Positions 38,455 through 53,250 of a stretch of DNA of 64,000 nucleotides are shown one piece after another. This stretch comes from Octopus sinensis. Lineage: Eukaryota. The notes beneath the pieces were generated by a model. That model worked only from the letters and a program-made list of their open reading frames with translations, had not been told where the DNA came from and ran no database searches. Each line of letters begins with the position of its first letter. The first letter of the stretch is position 1. The stretch spans positions 81,282,001-81,346,000 of the forward strand of contig NC_043000.1 in the NCBI RefSeq assembly GCF_006345805.1, read 5' to 3'. The translations under genes and the position numbers were made by a program.

Positions 38455-38850
38455 TCTCTTATTCTTTTGTTTGTTTCAGTCATTACACTGTGGTCATGCT
38501 GGGGCACTGCTTTAAAGAATGTTTTTGTCAAATGAATCGATCCCAGTACATATTTTTCATTAAGCCTGGTACATATTCTATTAATGTCTTTTGCTGAACT
38601 GCTAAGTTATGGGGACATGAACACACCAACACCAGTTATCAAGTATTAGTGAGGGACAAATACAAACACACACACACATTATATATGTACAATGGGCTTC
38701 TTTCAGTTTCTGTCTACTAAATTCACTCACCAGACTTTAGTCAGCCCTAGGCTCTAGAAGAAAACACTTGTCCAAGGTGCCACGTAGTGGGAATGAACTC
38801 AGAACCGTGTGATTGAGAAGCAAACTTCTTACCACGCAGTCATGCCTGCA
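38455..38850 (-). mobile_element. tRNA-derived SINE (OK-like), diverged full copy
   Basis: Collinear with the other copies. Confidence 0.85.
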
Positions 38851-40381
38851 CCTATGTTTCTATCATCTGAAGGTGCCATAAGAGAATCTGCCAATGAGAA
38901 ACATGCTAAATACAAACATAGAAAAATATATTAATTTGTCAAATCACTCTCTACAAGAACAACAGCAACAACATCACATTGAACAGGAAGAGATGTGGTT
39001 TCTCATTCAGCTAGAAATAACAGCTACACCTTCTTTGTATCACACCCTTATTATCTTAGGAAAAGAAAAGAAAGAACAGCTAGGATAGAATGACAGAATA
39101 ATTGGTTCCAATATGGGCACAAGGCCTGAAATTTGGGGAAAGGTTAGCCAATGAAACTGACCTCAATATATGATAGGTACTTTATTTTATTAACCCCAAT
39201 GAAAGGTTGAAAGGCAAAGTTGATGTTGGTAAGATATGAACTCAGAATGTAAAGACTTGAACGAATATTACAAGGCATTTTTTCCCCAAGTTCTATTGAT
39301 TCTGCCAGTCTACCACTCTCACACTTTGACAATATTAAAAAGTAAAGCTTTACTATCTGGAATATCTTCAATCATTTGATCATCAGCTTGTTGGATCATG
39401 TCTGACCTAGTGTTAAACAACAACAACAACAGGAACTACAGAGGCCACTGTTCTCCTTTACCAGGTCAAGGTTTTGCTCTGACTGTATCTACAGTGAAGA
39501 CTTCATTATTACCTACTTTCATCCCATATCCCTCCCATGTACACATATCAATTCCTATTTGTCAACTCTCTCCCCTGTCCTCCCCGCCACCACCACTGGT
39601 CTCATTTGTCACTTGATTCTACCCCCCACCTCTCTCTCAATAATTGCTAGTAATCCTCCTGCCAACAACAAAAGAGTGTAGTGTGAAGGGGTATTGTTTT
39701 GTTGTCTAGTTTGATTGTTACACTCTTTTAGTAGTTTGGAGTTTGTTTCACTTCCATTTTGGACTGCCATTTTATTTCATGCAGTGGCATTGTCCTTTTG
39801 CCATTCTACCTACAACATGAATATGACACCAGCATTACTTCCACTCCCACCCAATACCATCATCGCTATTAATATATGCTTCCACAAACAATACCTCCAA
39901 CTCCACCACAACCACACACCAAATATTACCACCAATAATAATAGACGCAGGCATGGCAGTGTTGTAAGAAGTTTTGCCTACCAACAACATGGTTCCAGAT
40001 GGTTTTTGATTTCCACTGCACCTTGTGCAAGTGTCTTCTACTATGGCCTCAGGTTGACCAAAACCTTGTGAGTGGATTTGGTAGAAGGAAACTGAAAGAT
40101 GCCCATAGTTTATATGTATACATCTATGTACAAGTATGGTGATGCAATTAGGAAAAATAGAACTCAAAATATGAGCATATGTATATTTTTCCATTAATAT
40201 TTAGCAAAAGCAACAGAGTGACACAAGGGCCGAGAGTTTTGTGTACTGGCACTTATCAAAAACACAACCACCAAACAACCTCACCACCAGCACCAATATT
40301 AAAACTTACAATACATCACTACCACTGCAACCATCACCCCCACCACTATTATAATAACATTACCACTACTACTGTCTTTAT

Positions 40382-40531
40382 CACTAGTGTAGATAGGGGA
40401 GGGGCAGTAGGAGTGATCTGCCCTGGGTGGTACTTTTGGGTCTGCTGTAGGCAATATGTGTTTTTTGTGGGATCCAGGGGCAGCAAACACAAGGGCCACT
40501 CCAGGTGGCACACACTGTAGCTATGCTAGTG
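40382..40531. mobile_element. hAT-type MITE (150 bp)
   Basis: TIRs CACTAGTGTAGATA / TAGCTATGCTAGTG; exact 8-bp TSD GTCTTTAT (40374-40381, 40532-40539). Confidence 0.88.
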
Positions 40532-40849
40532 GTCTTTATGACTACCTACAACCATTACCTCTACCACCATGATATCATCATTAATACACAACTACATGTC
40601 TTTTCTGTATACAGTGTAGGTGTTGGCAGTGGTGACGTACAAAAAGGGGTGGAAGATAATAACCTGGTGTCTGTGTGTGTATGGAGGAGAGGGATCTCAC
40701 TATCTCTGGAATAGATAGCATTAATTAAGTTCCCAATTATATTGTCATTAATGTTTATAACCATAATAATGATAATAATAGCAATAATAATAATAGTAAT
40801 AATAATAATAATAGCAATAATAATAATAATAATATTAATAATAATAATT

Positions 40850-41085
40850 TGAGCGGGATGGGCTACTCAACCTGAAGAAAATTCTAACTGGGCCCCACCT
40901 GCAAGGTCATGTGCTGTTTATCTTGATATGAGATCACCATGTCGCGCACATATGGTTGTGATGCATGTGCCTGGTGTACCTTTATCAGACTGGTAGTCAT
41001 GATGGGTATATTGGGCTTCGTATATTTTACCCCAGTGTCACTTTGATGGCATGCACTGCTCTCTCACTCAATAATAATAATAATT
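40850..41085 (+). mobile_element. Non-coding retroposon in (TAA)n array
   Basis: Same family as 26285-26570; ends CTCTCTCACTC(AAT)n. Confidence 0.8.
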
Positions 41086-41419
41086 ATAATAACAACAACA
41101 GTTATAATTTCTGTTTACTCTTCACTTCTAATTACAATAAACACCTCTCTTTTTCTCTAATACATTCACACACACACACTCTTCTCTACCACTACCAATA
41201 TCTAAATTCTACCTATTTCCTGTCCTTCTTAGTTGTTTTGTCAGACATAAGCATAACTTTTCTCTTCCCTAGGGCAAGGACTTTGTTCTAAACACCACAA
41301 ACTTCCTCTAACAATAGCATCTCAACTTCAGTAATTTTTTTTATAGCAACATATAATATAATATAATATAATATAATATATAAGATGTGACATAATATAT
41401 GATATGATATAATATAGGC

Positions 41420-42020
41420 TTGAGAGGAATGAGACTAGTATGCTCCACTGGATATGTAATGTAGGTGTACATGTTTGACAGAGTATGAGAATTTAGGTAT
41501 AAGAGAAATTAGATGTAAGAGAGAAGATTACACTGGTTTGGTCATGTGATGCAGATGATGTCTCCATAAAGAAGTGCCAGTCTCTCAAAGTAGATAGAAC
41601 GTGCGGAAGAGGGAGACCCAGGAAGACATGGGATGACTTCAGGATGATGAGCCTTTCAGGTGAGATGACAAAGGACTGAAATACCTGGCACCTTACTGTA
41701 CCCAAAAGGACATATACTCCACAGCAGGAGTGTTCCCTTGGGGAAGAGGATTGGCTTGCAAGAATCCTGTGTCAGGGCCACGTAAGAAGCACACATGCAA
41801 GTACCACATAAAAGTGCTCATGCAGTGCCATGTTAAAAGCATCCAGCACACATTTGTTAAGTAATTGGCATTAGGATGGGCATCCAACCATAGAACCATA
41901 CCAAATCAGACTGGAACCTGGTGCATCTCTGGCTTGCCAGCTATGGTCAAGCCATCCATGGTCAAACCATCCAGCCCATACCAGCATGGAAAATGAACAT
42001 TGAAAGACGATGATAATGAT
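41420..42020 (+). mobile_element. RTE LINE 3' end (C-terminus plus UTR)
   Basis: RNETSMLHWICNV, ERRLHWFGHVMQM, IKKCQSLKVDRTCGRGRPRKTWD, then the shared tail and (GAT)n. Confidence 0.88.
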
Positions 42021-42379
42021 GAATATAATATCAACATACAGACATGCCGCTTTTCTGTAAAAGTTTGTATATGGATTCCTTCTCTGTGATTTTGAGTTTG
42101 AAATCTAGTAGAGATAAGAAACTGGTGTTATCGGAGTGCTCTACTACAAAATTTATGTAACCACATGCAAATTAATTGTAGCAATCAGTCAGTGACCATG
42201 CAAAACAGCTGTAAAGATATGAATTGATTCTATTGTATAAATTGTATGTAACTTTTCAGATCAACATATTCCTTTTGCCCGATAAGATTTGTCTATCTTT
42301 TTGTGTATATACGTATATAAATACACACACACACACACATAAGTATATAACACACATGCACACATAAACGCATGATGTA

Positions 42380-44115
42380 TACATCATTTTTATGTTAGCT
42401 TTCTCTGTTGGCATGGGTTGGATGGTTTGATAGTTTGGGCATGGTCTCTAAGGCTGAATGTGTTTACTAATACCAACCAGTTTGCAGGGTGTACTGGGTG
42501 CTCTTTTCATGGAACCAGCACTAGTGAGGTTGCTCTGTAGATCACAAGACTAAAACAACCCTCCAGCTGAAAGGAGGAATAGGATAGAGAGTGACGACTT
42601 TAGGGGAGATATTGAGAGGACAGTGAATCATGTTCTGCTCTGACATTTCAGTGTTTGCATGGTTTCTACAACTAGATACTCTTCCTAACTTCAATGACTT
42701 TACAGAGTGCATTAGTTGCATGAGTACCTGAGAGAATGTCATGCTTCCTGTCAAGACCAAAGAGCTCTCTCATCCTTGTGTTATCTCTTCTTGATTTGCC
42801 AACCACTTCTAGAGATACTCCTGGGCATTTTGAGAAAAACTTTTTCTCATGTGCTCTTAATGTTTATTGAATCTGCCATTTACTAGGCCTGCTTTATCTG
42901 TTAACCTACTTATGATACCACTACACTTCTTTTGTGTCCATAACTTATACTAGGTACACCATGTGAAATTTTTAGCTACTCTTTTTCCAAATATTGAGCA
43001 AAGCCATGATGGAAGCAGTATCCTATCTGTTTTCCTACTCACTAATAATACATTAATCCTTAAGTTAAATATGAGGCCCTTTGATTCCAGATTTTGTTCC
43101 ATATCTGGAATTTCTTTTGTAATTCTGCAACAGATTTAGCTTGTAGAATGAATATACAGGCACCCTGTCTTAAACTTGTCTATTACAGCCTGCAAGACTA
43201 TGATAGAAGGGGATTGAGAACTGAATCCTGGTGGGCCTACCTGCACACTAAATTCATTACTGTATGAGGAGATGACTCTCCCCTTGTTGAAAACAGCTCT
43301 GTACATTGCTTGTAAGGCTTTCATAAACCATTCCATCTATTCCCAGCTTCCTCATTGACCACCATATCACCAAGTAAGGGATTCTATTGATGGTATTCTC
43401 CAAGTTTTATGGAATGCTAGGTACAGCAAAATATTTCTGCAGCTGTTTCACTAGTGAGATAGCATCAGTATACTTCTTCCTAACAAAAAGTTGAACTTGC
43501 ATCTCATCTAAGTTAACCTTTCATAATCAATTGAACTGTATCTCTTTCTGTAAATTTCATAGCCTGGTCCATCAATTTGATACTCCTGTTATTACATCTC
43601 TCTTGGGGATCCATCTCTCCTTGGGGGTCCATATAAGATTTTATTGTTAAAATTTATGTGTAATAAATTGGCTAACCTCTTACAATACTCAAAATATTTT
43701 AACAATGTTTATATAATTCCTTATAATATTTAATTCTAAAAATATTTTCTGAAAAATCAAATGGCTATGGTGGTCCACCTGAGTAAAATAGGAATCTAAG
43801 GGCTGAGAATCATTGCTCTAAAGCATCTCCTTTACTTTGGTAACAGCTGACTATAATGCTGCTACAGTAGTGACTGGGTATGACACCTTCCTGTAAAACT
43901 TGACTGACTTTATATATGACTAGCCTATATGCTACTCTGTCAGATATATTGAGTATCTCAGCAGTATTTCCTGAGGCATCAGGACTTTTCCCTACCTTCA
44001 TATCCTTAATTGCTTTATCTATCATACTGTTGTCAACTAGAATGGCTGGTTCTTCTGCTGGATCTATACTTGGAAGACCTTCTTTCTCTGATACATTCTC
44101 TAAATTCAACATCAT
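42380..44115 (-). mobile_element. Decayed RTE LINE (RT domain plus tail), interrupted at ~43600-43814
   Basis: DKAIKDMKVGKSPDASGNTAEIL..GVIPSHYCSSIIVSCYQSKGDALE; EWFMKALQAMYR..YSNEFSVQVG..IIVLQAVIDKFKTGC. Confidence 0.88.
43600..43814. mobile_element. Probable hAT MITE inserted in the RTE
   Basis: AT-rich insert ending GGCTGAGAATCATTG followed by CTCTAAAG; left TIR not clear. Confidence 0.45.
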
Positions 44116-44284
44116 TTAAAAAGGAAAATGTGTATTTAAAGTAGAATGCATATACCATGTATATACCTTCTTTCACAGCTACCTTGTGTAAAAATGATTG
44201 ATTTGTATTGAAAACGGATGTTATTTGCATTCATTATAGCTTTGAATTTATGCAGTAAACAGCACTCTCCCTCTCTCCCTCTTA

Positions 44285-44319
<35 letters not shown>

Positions 44320-44505
44320 GTTTTTTCTAATAAACTAAAGCAAAAAGTGTTCATTACATTATAAAGTATAATTATTTATTGTTTCTGTGTATGTAGAAAG
44401 GAAAGTTCAAAAGAGTTTAAAAAGTAGAAAGAGCAACATGGAAAGAATAAAGTACAATGAATACAGTAAGAGTTTGATGCTTGAGATGAGTCTAGAGCAG
44501 GGGTT

Positions 44506-44884
44506 ACTCCTTTACTCTTTTACTTGTTTCACTCATCTAACTGTGGCCATGCTGGAGCACCACTTTTAGTTGAGCAAATCGACCCCAGGACTCATTCTTT
44601 GTAAGCCTAGTTCTTATTCTATCGGTCTCTTTTTACGGGGACGTAAACACACCAGCATTGGTTGTCAAGCGATGTTGGGGGGACAAACACACACATATAT
44701 ATATATACATATACATATACATATATACGATGGGCTTCTTTCAGTTTCCATCTACCAAATCCACTCACAAGGCTTGGTCGGCCCGAGGTTATAGTAGAAG
44801 ACACTTGCTCAAGGTGCCACACAGTGGGACTGAACCCAGGACCATGTGGTTGGTAAGCAAGCTACTTACCAGACAGCCACTCCT
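44506..44884 (-). mobile_element. OK-like SINE inserted in the hAT terminal repeat
   Basis: Full SINE begins directly after CAGGGGTT. Confidence 0.9.
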
Positions 44885-45349
44885 GTGCCTACCACACAGC
44901 TGTGAACCACCAAAATAAGTAATTTTTTCCTGTGAACCACCTCAAATTTTAAATTTATTATAAAAGAACTGCTACTCATAAATATTAGTATCATTTTCAG
45001 TTTGCAATGAAAGTTCCTTTTTCGTTCTTGTAAGAGGCATCACAGAGAACAAATAACTGAGAACACCAATAACAAAACCAATTTGCAAATGCACATGATT
45101 CTCAAGAAAGCTTTATTTGATAGAAGTGAATAGAAAAGGTTACTGAGTCATGGAAAACACCTCCTTTTATTCAGAAAAGAAAAAGCTGTACTGTTAAAAT
45201 ATAACAATGTGAAGGGTAAATTAAAAAAATGTGAGGAGTGAAGTTGGGATCAATACAAAAGGTCGTGTAAATGTTTGAGGGAATATAATAAATTGAATTA
45301 ACTTAAAAATGTCCATGACAAGTTGTCAGGAAAAACGTCAAAAAACCTT

Positions 45350-47090
45350 CAGTGAGACCCTTGGGCTTGCTTTTTATCCACAAGCTGAGAAATCCTTGGC
45401 TCTTTTTGGCTCAAGTGAATTCTCAAATCAGCATTGTTATCGAGGTTCAAACACCTCCGTTGCTTTGTGAATGAGTGGAGGACAAGAGAAAATCCTTTTC
45501 AGCCAAGTAGGATGTCAGGAGATTTATAATAAAAAGCTCGACTTGTTCAAACAGCTTTGGATATTCGTGAGAATGATTCAACCAAGCCTCGACCCAGTTG
45601 TTTTCAGATGATTTGCGCAGATTATCATCTACCATCGCCTCACATAGCCCCATCTGAACACACTCTGGTTGAACAAGTATATCATTCATAGACATTGTGT
45701 AAAGAGAGTCCACAAAAATTGGGATATTTAAAATCAAAAGATCTTCAAAACGAATATTGAAGTTTTCATGAAGGAAAGATAGGTGCCCGATTATATATTT
45801 GTGCAAGTCGTTATCTATCACAGCAGTTTTTAAGTTCACAAACTGCAGACAGTTATGATCTTCCATTTGAAGTTTCCAAAGAATGAGTATATTCACAAAT
45901 GCCTTTATCAAGTGTCTGGCTCGTACAATGTTGATATTTTGCTTTTGTAAAGAAACTCTGAGATCATTAAGTTTTTGAAAGATTTCATGTAAATAAAAAA
46001 ATACAGGTTTTTCTGAGAAAGTGATGCTGTCATAGCTGGATCAGTCTGTTGAAGAAACTCTATCACTTTATCAAAAAGTGCCACAAAATGTTTGAGATAA
46101 CTTCCCATTGATAGACAGTGTATATCTATAGAATACAACAGTTGGTTGAACGTTTCATCTTTACAAGCTTCTTGAAAATGCCTGTCTTGATGAGCAGATC
46201 TTTTGATTTTTTTACTGCGGAAGCAATTAAGCCTAGGGTTTCAGAAAATATATTATTTCCAGTTCTTTTTACTATCAGGCTTTTTCAATGGAGAATGCAA
46301 TGAATTGTGAAGACAGGATTAAATTCTATCCATCTGGCAACAAAACCTTGGGATTTGCCAATCATAGACGGTGCCCCATCAGTCCATATTGATATGCGGT
46401 TGAGGGGATCAATGCCATTTTTAGTAAGATAATCCATGACTGCGTTGTAGATCATCTCTCCTGTGTTTTTCAGTATGGTTTTCATAAAGAGTAGGTTTTC
46501 ACAAATTGTGGTATCTTTCACATAGCGAGCAAAGGCAAGGACAACACATTTGTTATCAAAAGTGCTGTCACCCACCGTCAATGAGAATCTGTAGTGTTGC
46601 AAGTCTTCTACAACTATGGATTCAACATCTTCAGCTATTTCACAAATGCGGGAAGATACAGTGTTGTTTGAAAGTGGAATACTTGCTAAAACTGAGGCAG
46701 TGTTCAACACATTAGCAACTTTATATGCTTTAAGTATGGAGGGCCTAATCAGATTTTGGCCTATGGTATGTGGGTGACCCTGTTTTGCTATCATGAGCAA
46801 AATGTTATAGGATGCCTGCAGACCAGAACGGTTGTTAGTATGGGTGAGAAAAAAGTTTTGAGCAATGAAGATGAGACATTTTTTGCGATGGTATTCTTCA
46901 AAGTACTCCTTTGGCTTGCCAAATAAACCAGGATGGATTTTTTGTAGATGATACAATTTCGAGGGTTTCATTGAGTCGTTAGTTATTACTTTTGAGCAGA
47001 TAATACACTGTGGTAAAAAAGGATCTTCTACTCTGGATACAAAAACACGTTTGATATAATCTTCATGATATCATCTACAGAATCTTTTTT
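45350..47090 (-). pseudogene. hAT transposase (SCAND3/ZBED8-like family), frameshifted
   Basis: PQCIICSKVITNDSMKPSKL..HP; IPLSNNTVSSRI; FSLTVGDST; TDGAPSMIGK; HCILH; TSYLAEKDF. Confidence 0.92.
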
Positions 47091-47179
47091 GAGTTGATGG
47101 ACAAAGAATTACGGGAATGCTTTTCCATATCACTGACAGCAAAATTTCTACAGATTACAATTAGACTAACACTTCCATA

Positions 47180-47476
47180 AAAATAATAATAATAATAATA
47201 TAATAATAATAATGAAATTATTGTATACAGTGCTCAGGTGCACCACAACTTGTCAAAACTGCATATAAAGCATATGCAGTAATGTACAAATGTCTGGAAA
47301 GTGAACAGTGTATAAGTCAGATATATGCTTGCATGTGTATGAAGGGGAGAAAATTAGGTGTAGTGTTGGCGAATCTCAGAAAGCATGGAAGTTTTGAAGG
47401 ATGCAGTGCTTCGACAACTAAGAACTGATGCCGGCAGTTTGTTCCATACTTCAGCAACTCTTAGCATGAAAAAACG
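47180..47476 (-). mobile_element. 5'-truncated CR1-like LINE 3' end nested in the hAT
   Basis: FFMLRVAEVWNKLPASVLSCRSTASFKTSM..YT*, then UTR and (TTA)n tail. Confidence 0.8.
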
Positions 47477-47984
47477 TACGTACCTGGAGAGATAATATGA
47501 TATGTTGGGTAAGCTGTAAGAACTGTGGTTTCATTAGTAATCCTCAATTCAAAAGTCAGGTAGAAAACACAATTGCGTTGACTGGCCGAGAACACACAAT
47601 TTTTTGTGTGTTTTTAATGCGCACAAATGTGGATCTGATTGTATCTGTCTGTACCTGTCTGGTACACATCCATGTATGATTGGATAGCAAATCCTCCAAT
47701 AGGCAATGAGTGCACTCGTATGTGTTCACGCATATGCGATGAGGCATATTTTGTTTGCACAACATGTGCATGTACAGAAATATTTTAATTCTTCAGGTAG
47801 ACCACAGAAAATTTTCCACAGACCATCTAAATTTTCCTGTGGACCACCTAGTGGTCCACATGGACCAGGTTGGGAAACCCTGGTCTAGAGTGACTTGACT
47901 CTTCAGACATTAGTCCTTCAGAATAAAAAAGAAATGAAGAGGAGACAGACTGAAAGAAAGAGAAGAAGGGATGAGAGAGGGAGG

Positions 47985-48021
<37 letters not shown>

Positions 48022-50740
48022 AGTGTGATGGATGCATGAATGTACAAATATTGTCAAGAGAATTTGTTAAATTTTAAATGCTAGTGTTAAGCATCGTAAT
48101 TGAAGATTTAAATCAATAATTTTTGTCATATCAATCGCATCTCATTTATTGAATGTTTGCTAGCCACTTTGCAATCTCATAAATAATATTTACTGTTATA
48201 TTTATTATAATTTCCTTTGTGAAATTCTTCATCATCTATTCCTCAAGCATCATCATTGTAGTCATTGTTCTGCTTTTTTTTTTTAGATGAATGGGTTTCT
48301 TATAGATATTCTTCATTGAACTTTTGAAGTAGATCCGAAATTATTTATTCTGTTTAATTGAGCAACAATAACTGATATCTTTCTTTTGTTTTTCGCTTAA
48401 CTTACTCATTCATGAATGCAGGAATAAATTTTACTCATCAGATTCTAAAGCCTACATTAGACCATTCTATCAGTTCACTTGTCTTCTTTGAGAACAATTA
48501 ATTTGATTATAAAATTCAGAATCATTAATTTACATTTTCAAGGAAAATGGGAATCAAAAATAAAATTTACTAACAATTGTACATACACAAGATCAGACTT
48601 AGTAAATTCTAAATACATATATGTATGTGTGTGTGTGTGTGTGTGAGAGAGAGTGTGTGTGTGCATGAGAGAGTGCATATGAGTGTGTGTGTGTGTTTAT
48701 TTGTGTGTGTGTGAGTATGTGTATATATGGCATTATATATATATATATGTAATTCTTTCTATTCTAAGCAGTAGGCCTGAAAGTTAGTGGGCAAGTACAA
48801 ATCAATTACATCACTCCTAGTGCTCTACTGATATTTATTTTATTGACCCCCAAAGAATGTGGAGTTTGAACTCAGAATCATACAGACAGATGAAATGTTA
48901 TTATGTGTTTTTCCTTGTATGCTAATGATTCTACCAACTTGCTACCTTAATATATACATATGATGTTGTGTATACACTCACACAGACACAGACACAGACA
49001 CATACACACACAGGGTTAGGTGTGTGGGGCTATAAGGATGGGTTTCAGTTAAGAATCATTTTGTTGCACCTTGGGTGAATATCTTCTACTATTCCCCAGA
49101 CTGACCAATAACTGAGTATGTTTGGTAAGGGGAAACTGTAAAAAACTCATCATGCATACATACACACATATATAAATACACACACACACATACACACACA
49201 CAGTGTGACAGACAGACAGACAGACAGATATGTGTACTGTGTTTATGTGAAAATGTGCATGAATGTTGATATTTTGTATGTCACGGTGTGAGCAAAATAT
49301 TGATGTTCACATTCTTTGTTGACATTATGACTAGTCAGTTTACTATTTCAAAGATGTGTGGAATAAAGTATTCCTTATTTGAAAAACACATGAGTACTGA
49401 TGCCAGAAAGAACCATAGAATCCTGCATCAAGTCCACTTCACATTCAAGCTGTGTCAGCATGGAAAAAATGGATGTTGAATATACATGCTTGATCTACAA
49501 GTGATTATCTCCCTTACCATAACTGATGCCAGAAGATACCACATGTATTTATACATTCAATTAAGAATCCCCTGTTTGTAATTCCTGGAGCTGAAAGTGT
49601 TGTGGATTTTTTGATTTCAGAAGAATTTTGCTTGTTACAAGCTTGCTACAAGCTATCTGTCAATCAAACATTTGCTCTTTTCACACCTTCAAAATTGTGT
49701 AAAGAGATTGCTTCTTTAAAAATGACAAGTGTTAGTGACAGGAATGTCATACAGCAGTAGAACAATCCCTCTGTAATATATTCATCTAGCACATGCTAAC
49801 ATGGAAAAAGAGACATAAACCAAGCAAACAATATATAGGTGTGTGTGTGTGTGTGTGCATGTGAATATTTGCATTTTATGTTGCTCACCCACCATCAAAT
49901 CTTTGCGCTACCAATCCGTTAATATTTTTCGGTCAATAAATCATTTAGTAGCTCAGCATTTTTGGAGACTTGAAAGCAGCTGAGGGTTTGCAAGAAGAAA
50001 GGTATCTGGCTGTAAAAGCATTACCTCAGTAATATGTATTCACCTAACCCGTGCTGGCATAAAAAAACGGATGTAAAATGAATGAGTGAATATGTATTTT
50101 TATATTTTGGCAATGATGATGATGATGAGCACACATTCAAGTTATACACACACACACAGAGATGTATGCATATGTATAGATGGATGGACGGACGGGCTTT
50201 GTAAAGAAAAACTGATTCATGAAAAGTTATTAATGTAATGCTACATTTATATGTATTTATTGATTCTGGGTTTTGGTGTTTATTGTAATTTTATAATCAT
50301 CTTCTGTATGTATTAACTTGTAAAATATGAACCAATGGAGCAGCTTCTACATGGTCAATCGTTCTACTAGAAATGATAACCAAATCACCAAGTCACAGTC
50401 TACTGATTCTGAAAAGGAAAGAAGTAAGAGTCTGTAGTTTGATGTAGTCATTAATATACAGTAGACATGAAAGTAAAGATGAGGAAGTTATGACCAGAAT
50501 CAGTTTTGATTATTGCTCTCCAAGGTGATGACTGGTCTGAATTTAAGCAACACATGCAAATATATTGCATTTATGAACCTGCGAATAGGCTTCTATACTG
50601 CCACTGAAGCTTCTAGAAATAGTAACCAACTACTCCTCAAATCACAACATACTGTATTGTGTGCATCATGTGTATGTGAGTTTCAGTTTATATACATATA
50701 TTTATATATGTATGTATCTCTCGATCTGTCTACCTGTCTA

Positions 50741-51588
50741 CAAGGTGTTTGAGCTAAATTTGATGACTTTTTTTATGTCGCCTTTTTTTCTTTTTTTGGA
50801 AATAGCTTGATGTATTGGTGAACATTCAATAGTGCTGGAGAGCATAAAGATTAAAGTTGTAGTTCAGAAAAAGTTAGCAGACATGGAAGAATGGAAGCAA
50901 TCTGAATATTAGAAGAAGTTGACATTATGACAGCTGCTCAATACTTTGTGAGCATTGTAAGGGCTGTAACAGAGCCTACAGAGCCATGTCCAGCAGGAAG
51001 GGATACAGAAGGTGTTCTGACTGCATCCATATGCCAGAATTCATTCCCACATCTTTGCACAGGGCCATAGTCTCAATTCAGATGGCCATGTGAAGCTGGT
51101 GGAGACTGTAATCAATCAATGGCTGAGAGGGTTACTACTGTAAGGCTAAATGTATAGGAGCAGGATTCAACTCCTTGCCATAACTCTGGGAAGAGTCAGA
51201 AGTGATTATTGGAGAATTTCTATGACTTTACTAACCCCAATTTCTGGCCTGCTTATTCTCTTGATTGTATCCTCATGGATTACTGTGTGGGGTTTGGTTG
51301 AGAAAGATACCAACTGCTCTGCTTGCAACACCAAGGCCAAGCTAGTGGCCAAGATCAAGGAGGTGATTGAAGATCTTCCCAGGGACACAGTGAAGAATGC
51401 TTGCACCAGGTTCCAGAGCTGTCTTGAGGCCATGATGGAAACTAAGGGTAGCTACTTTGAATAAGTTGTTATATCCCAACCATAATCTAGTTGATTCTTT
51501 GATTTTTTTAAATGCTTTTATTCTTGGATGGGATATTGTATTTTCTTTTCCTTTTATGCAAACTGTCGAATTTACCCCAAACACCTTG
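50741..51588 (+). mobile_element. Internally deleted Tc1/mariner-superfamily transposon
   Basis: TA-CAAGGTGTTTGAGCTAAATTTGA / TCGAATTTACCCCAAACACCTTG-TA TIRs; EQDSTPCH and PNFWPAYSLDCILMDYCVWGLVEKDTN...NACTRFQSCLEAMMETKGSYFE. Confidence 0.9.
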
Positions 51589-51850
51589 TATCTCTCTGTC
51601 TTTTTATCTGTCTGTCTGTGTGTATGTTTTACTAATACATGGTAGTAGTAACACAGTACTAATGCATAACACATAAGATTATCCTCCCCCACTACATGCA
51701 CTTGTGGTTAGAGTATTGATCTCACTATTAAAGGGTTGTTGGTTTGACTTCAGAACTGCGTGGCACATTGTGTCTTTGAGTAAGGCACTTCATTTTACTT
51801 TGCTCCAGTCTACTCAGTCAAGAATTAATACCAGCCAACTGCTGATGCAA

Positions 51851-52035
<185 letters not shown>

Positions 52036-52964
52036 CAGCTGTTATATCCTTGGTATTCTTTGGATTCTCCTACATCATGTTCCTAGCAATAATGTTTTTT
52101 ATTTATCCAGCATCATGTCTTCCTTTAACTTTGGGGACAAGATATACAAATGTTTGATAAATATATCTGTGGCAAATGTGAAGTGTCACATGTCTCATTC
52201 ATCCCAACAACAGTTTTATATTATACTGCATTTTTATTTATTTTTGTACTTGTTTTATTTCTCCCTGCCACTCACCCTCTCCCTCCATCTCTCTGTCTTT
52301 CTCTGTATGTGTGTGTGTGTATGTGTCTTGCCTTTTAATTACTATTTCCTCCTCTTTTCCCTTTTCTCTGCATCTTCTAAGACTCACCCTTTCCCACCCC
52401 CTTCATTTAATATTTCATTTTCTTTTCCTTCCCATCCATCCATTCCTTCCCTCCTACTCTACTCATTCCCCTCTCTTCCCTCCTCATCCCATTCCAGACA
52501 ATAATTTAAAGGACTCAGTAAATGAGACCATCATTATCATCTTTCTCAAGTTAATCCAGTATCATTAACCTTTATACATCAACAATAATTCAGCCTGAGA
52601 CTCTCATCTCTTGACTTGTCCACTAAAACTGGCTTGGATTAACAAAATGGATTTCACATTTATTTGTTGCTTTCATGGTTGCTTAATTTCATTCTTTTTT
52701 TTTTTTTTTTTTGTCTTTTACTGATTTTGTTTCATTATTTTCATATTTAGTTTTTGTGGTAGTGCAGTGATGGGGAATGTTCATTTTATATTTTATTGTG
52801 TTGGAAATTGTAGCCCTTTCTCTTGGTCTTTGACTAATCACCACAACCATCCCACTACAAGTACTTAAAGTGGCACCAGTAATTCTGGTCTGCAAACTTA
52901 GTGATGAACATATCACTTACATCATTAAGCAAATAATAATAATAACAACAACAACAACAACAAT

Positions 52965-53250
52965 AAGGCTAGACAGAGAAGTATGTCAGAATGAAAGTAA
53001 GCAATAACTCAAAAACTCTAAGCTAAATGCAGAGAAAAAAAATATCTGACTTTACCTGCACTGGGTCAATTCCTAACCACAACTAATTATAAGAAGAAAA
53101 TAAGGAAACAATATTTGAGCATCAAATGTGGATGATGCAATTTATACAATGAGACAATTCACTATATCATTTCAGGTCTCCCAATCTTTGCAAAATTAGA
53201 ATAGAATACATCCACAGACAAAATCGAGTTGGCAACTATGTTCACTGGGC
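52965..53250 (+). mobile_element. R4/Dong LINE zinc-knuckle fragment
   Basis: ETIHYIISGLPIFAKLE/EYIHRQNRVGNYVHW; homologous to 55130-55220 on the minus strand. Confidence 0.65.

Larger units (their letters stand above)
44498..47882 (-). mobile_element. hAT (Buster/Charlie-like) DNA transposon, full extent, decayed
   Basis: Ends CAGGGGTT... / ...GGTTGGGAAACCCTG; exact 8-bp TSD GTCTAGAG (44490-44497, 47883-47890). Confidence 0.93.
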
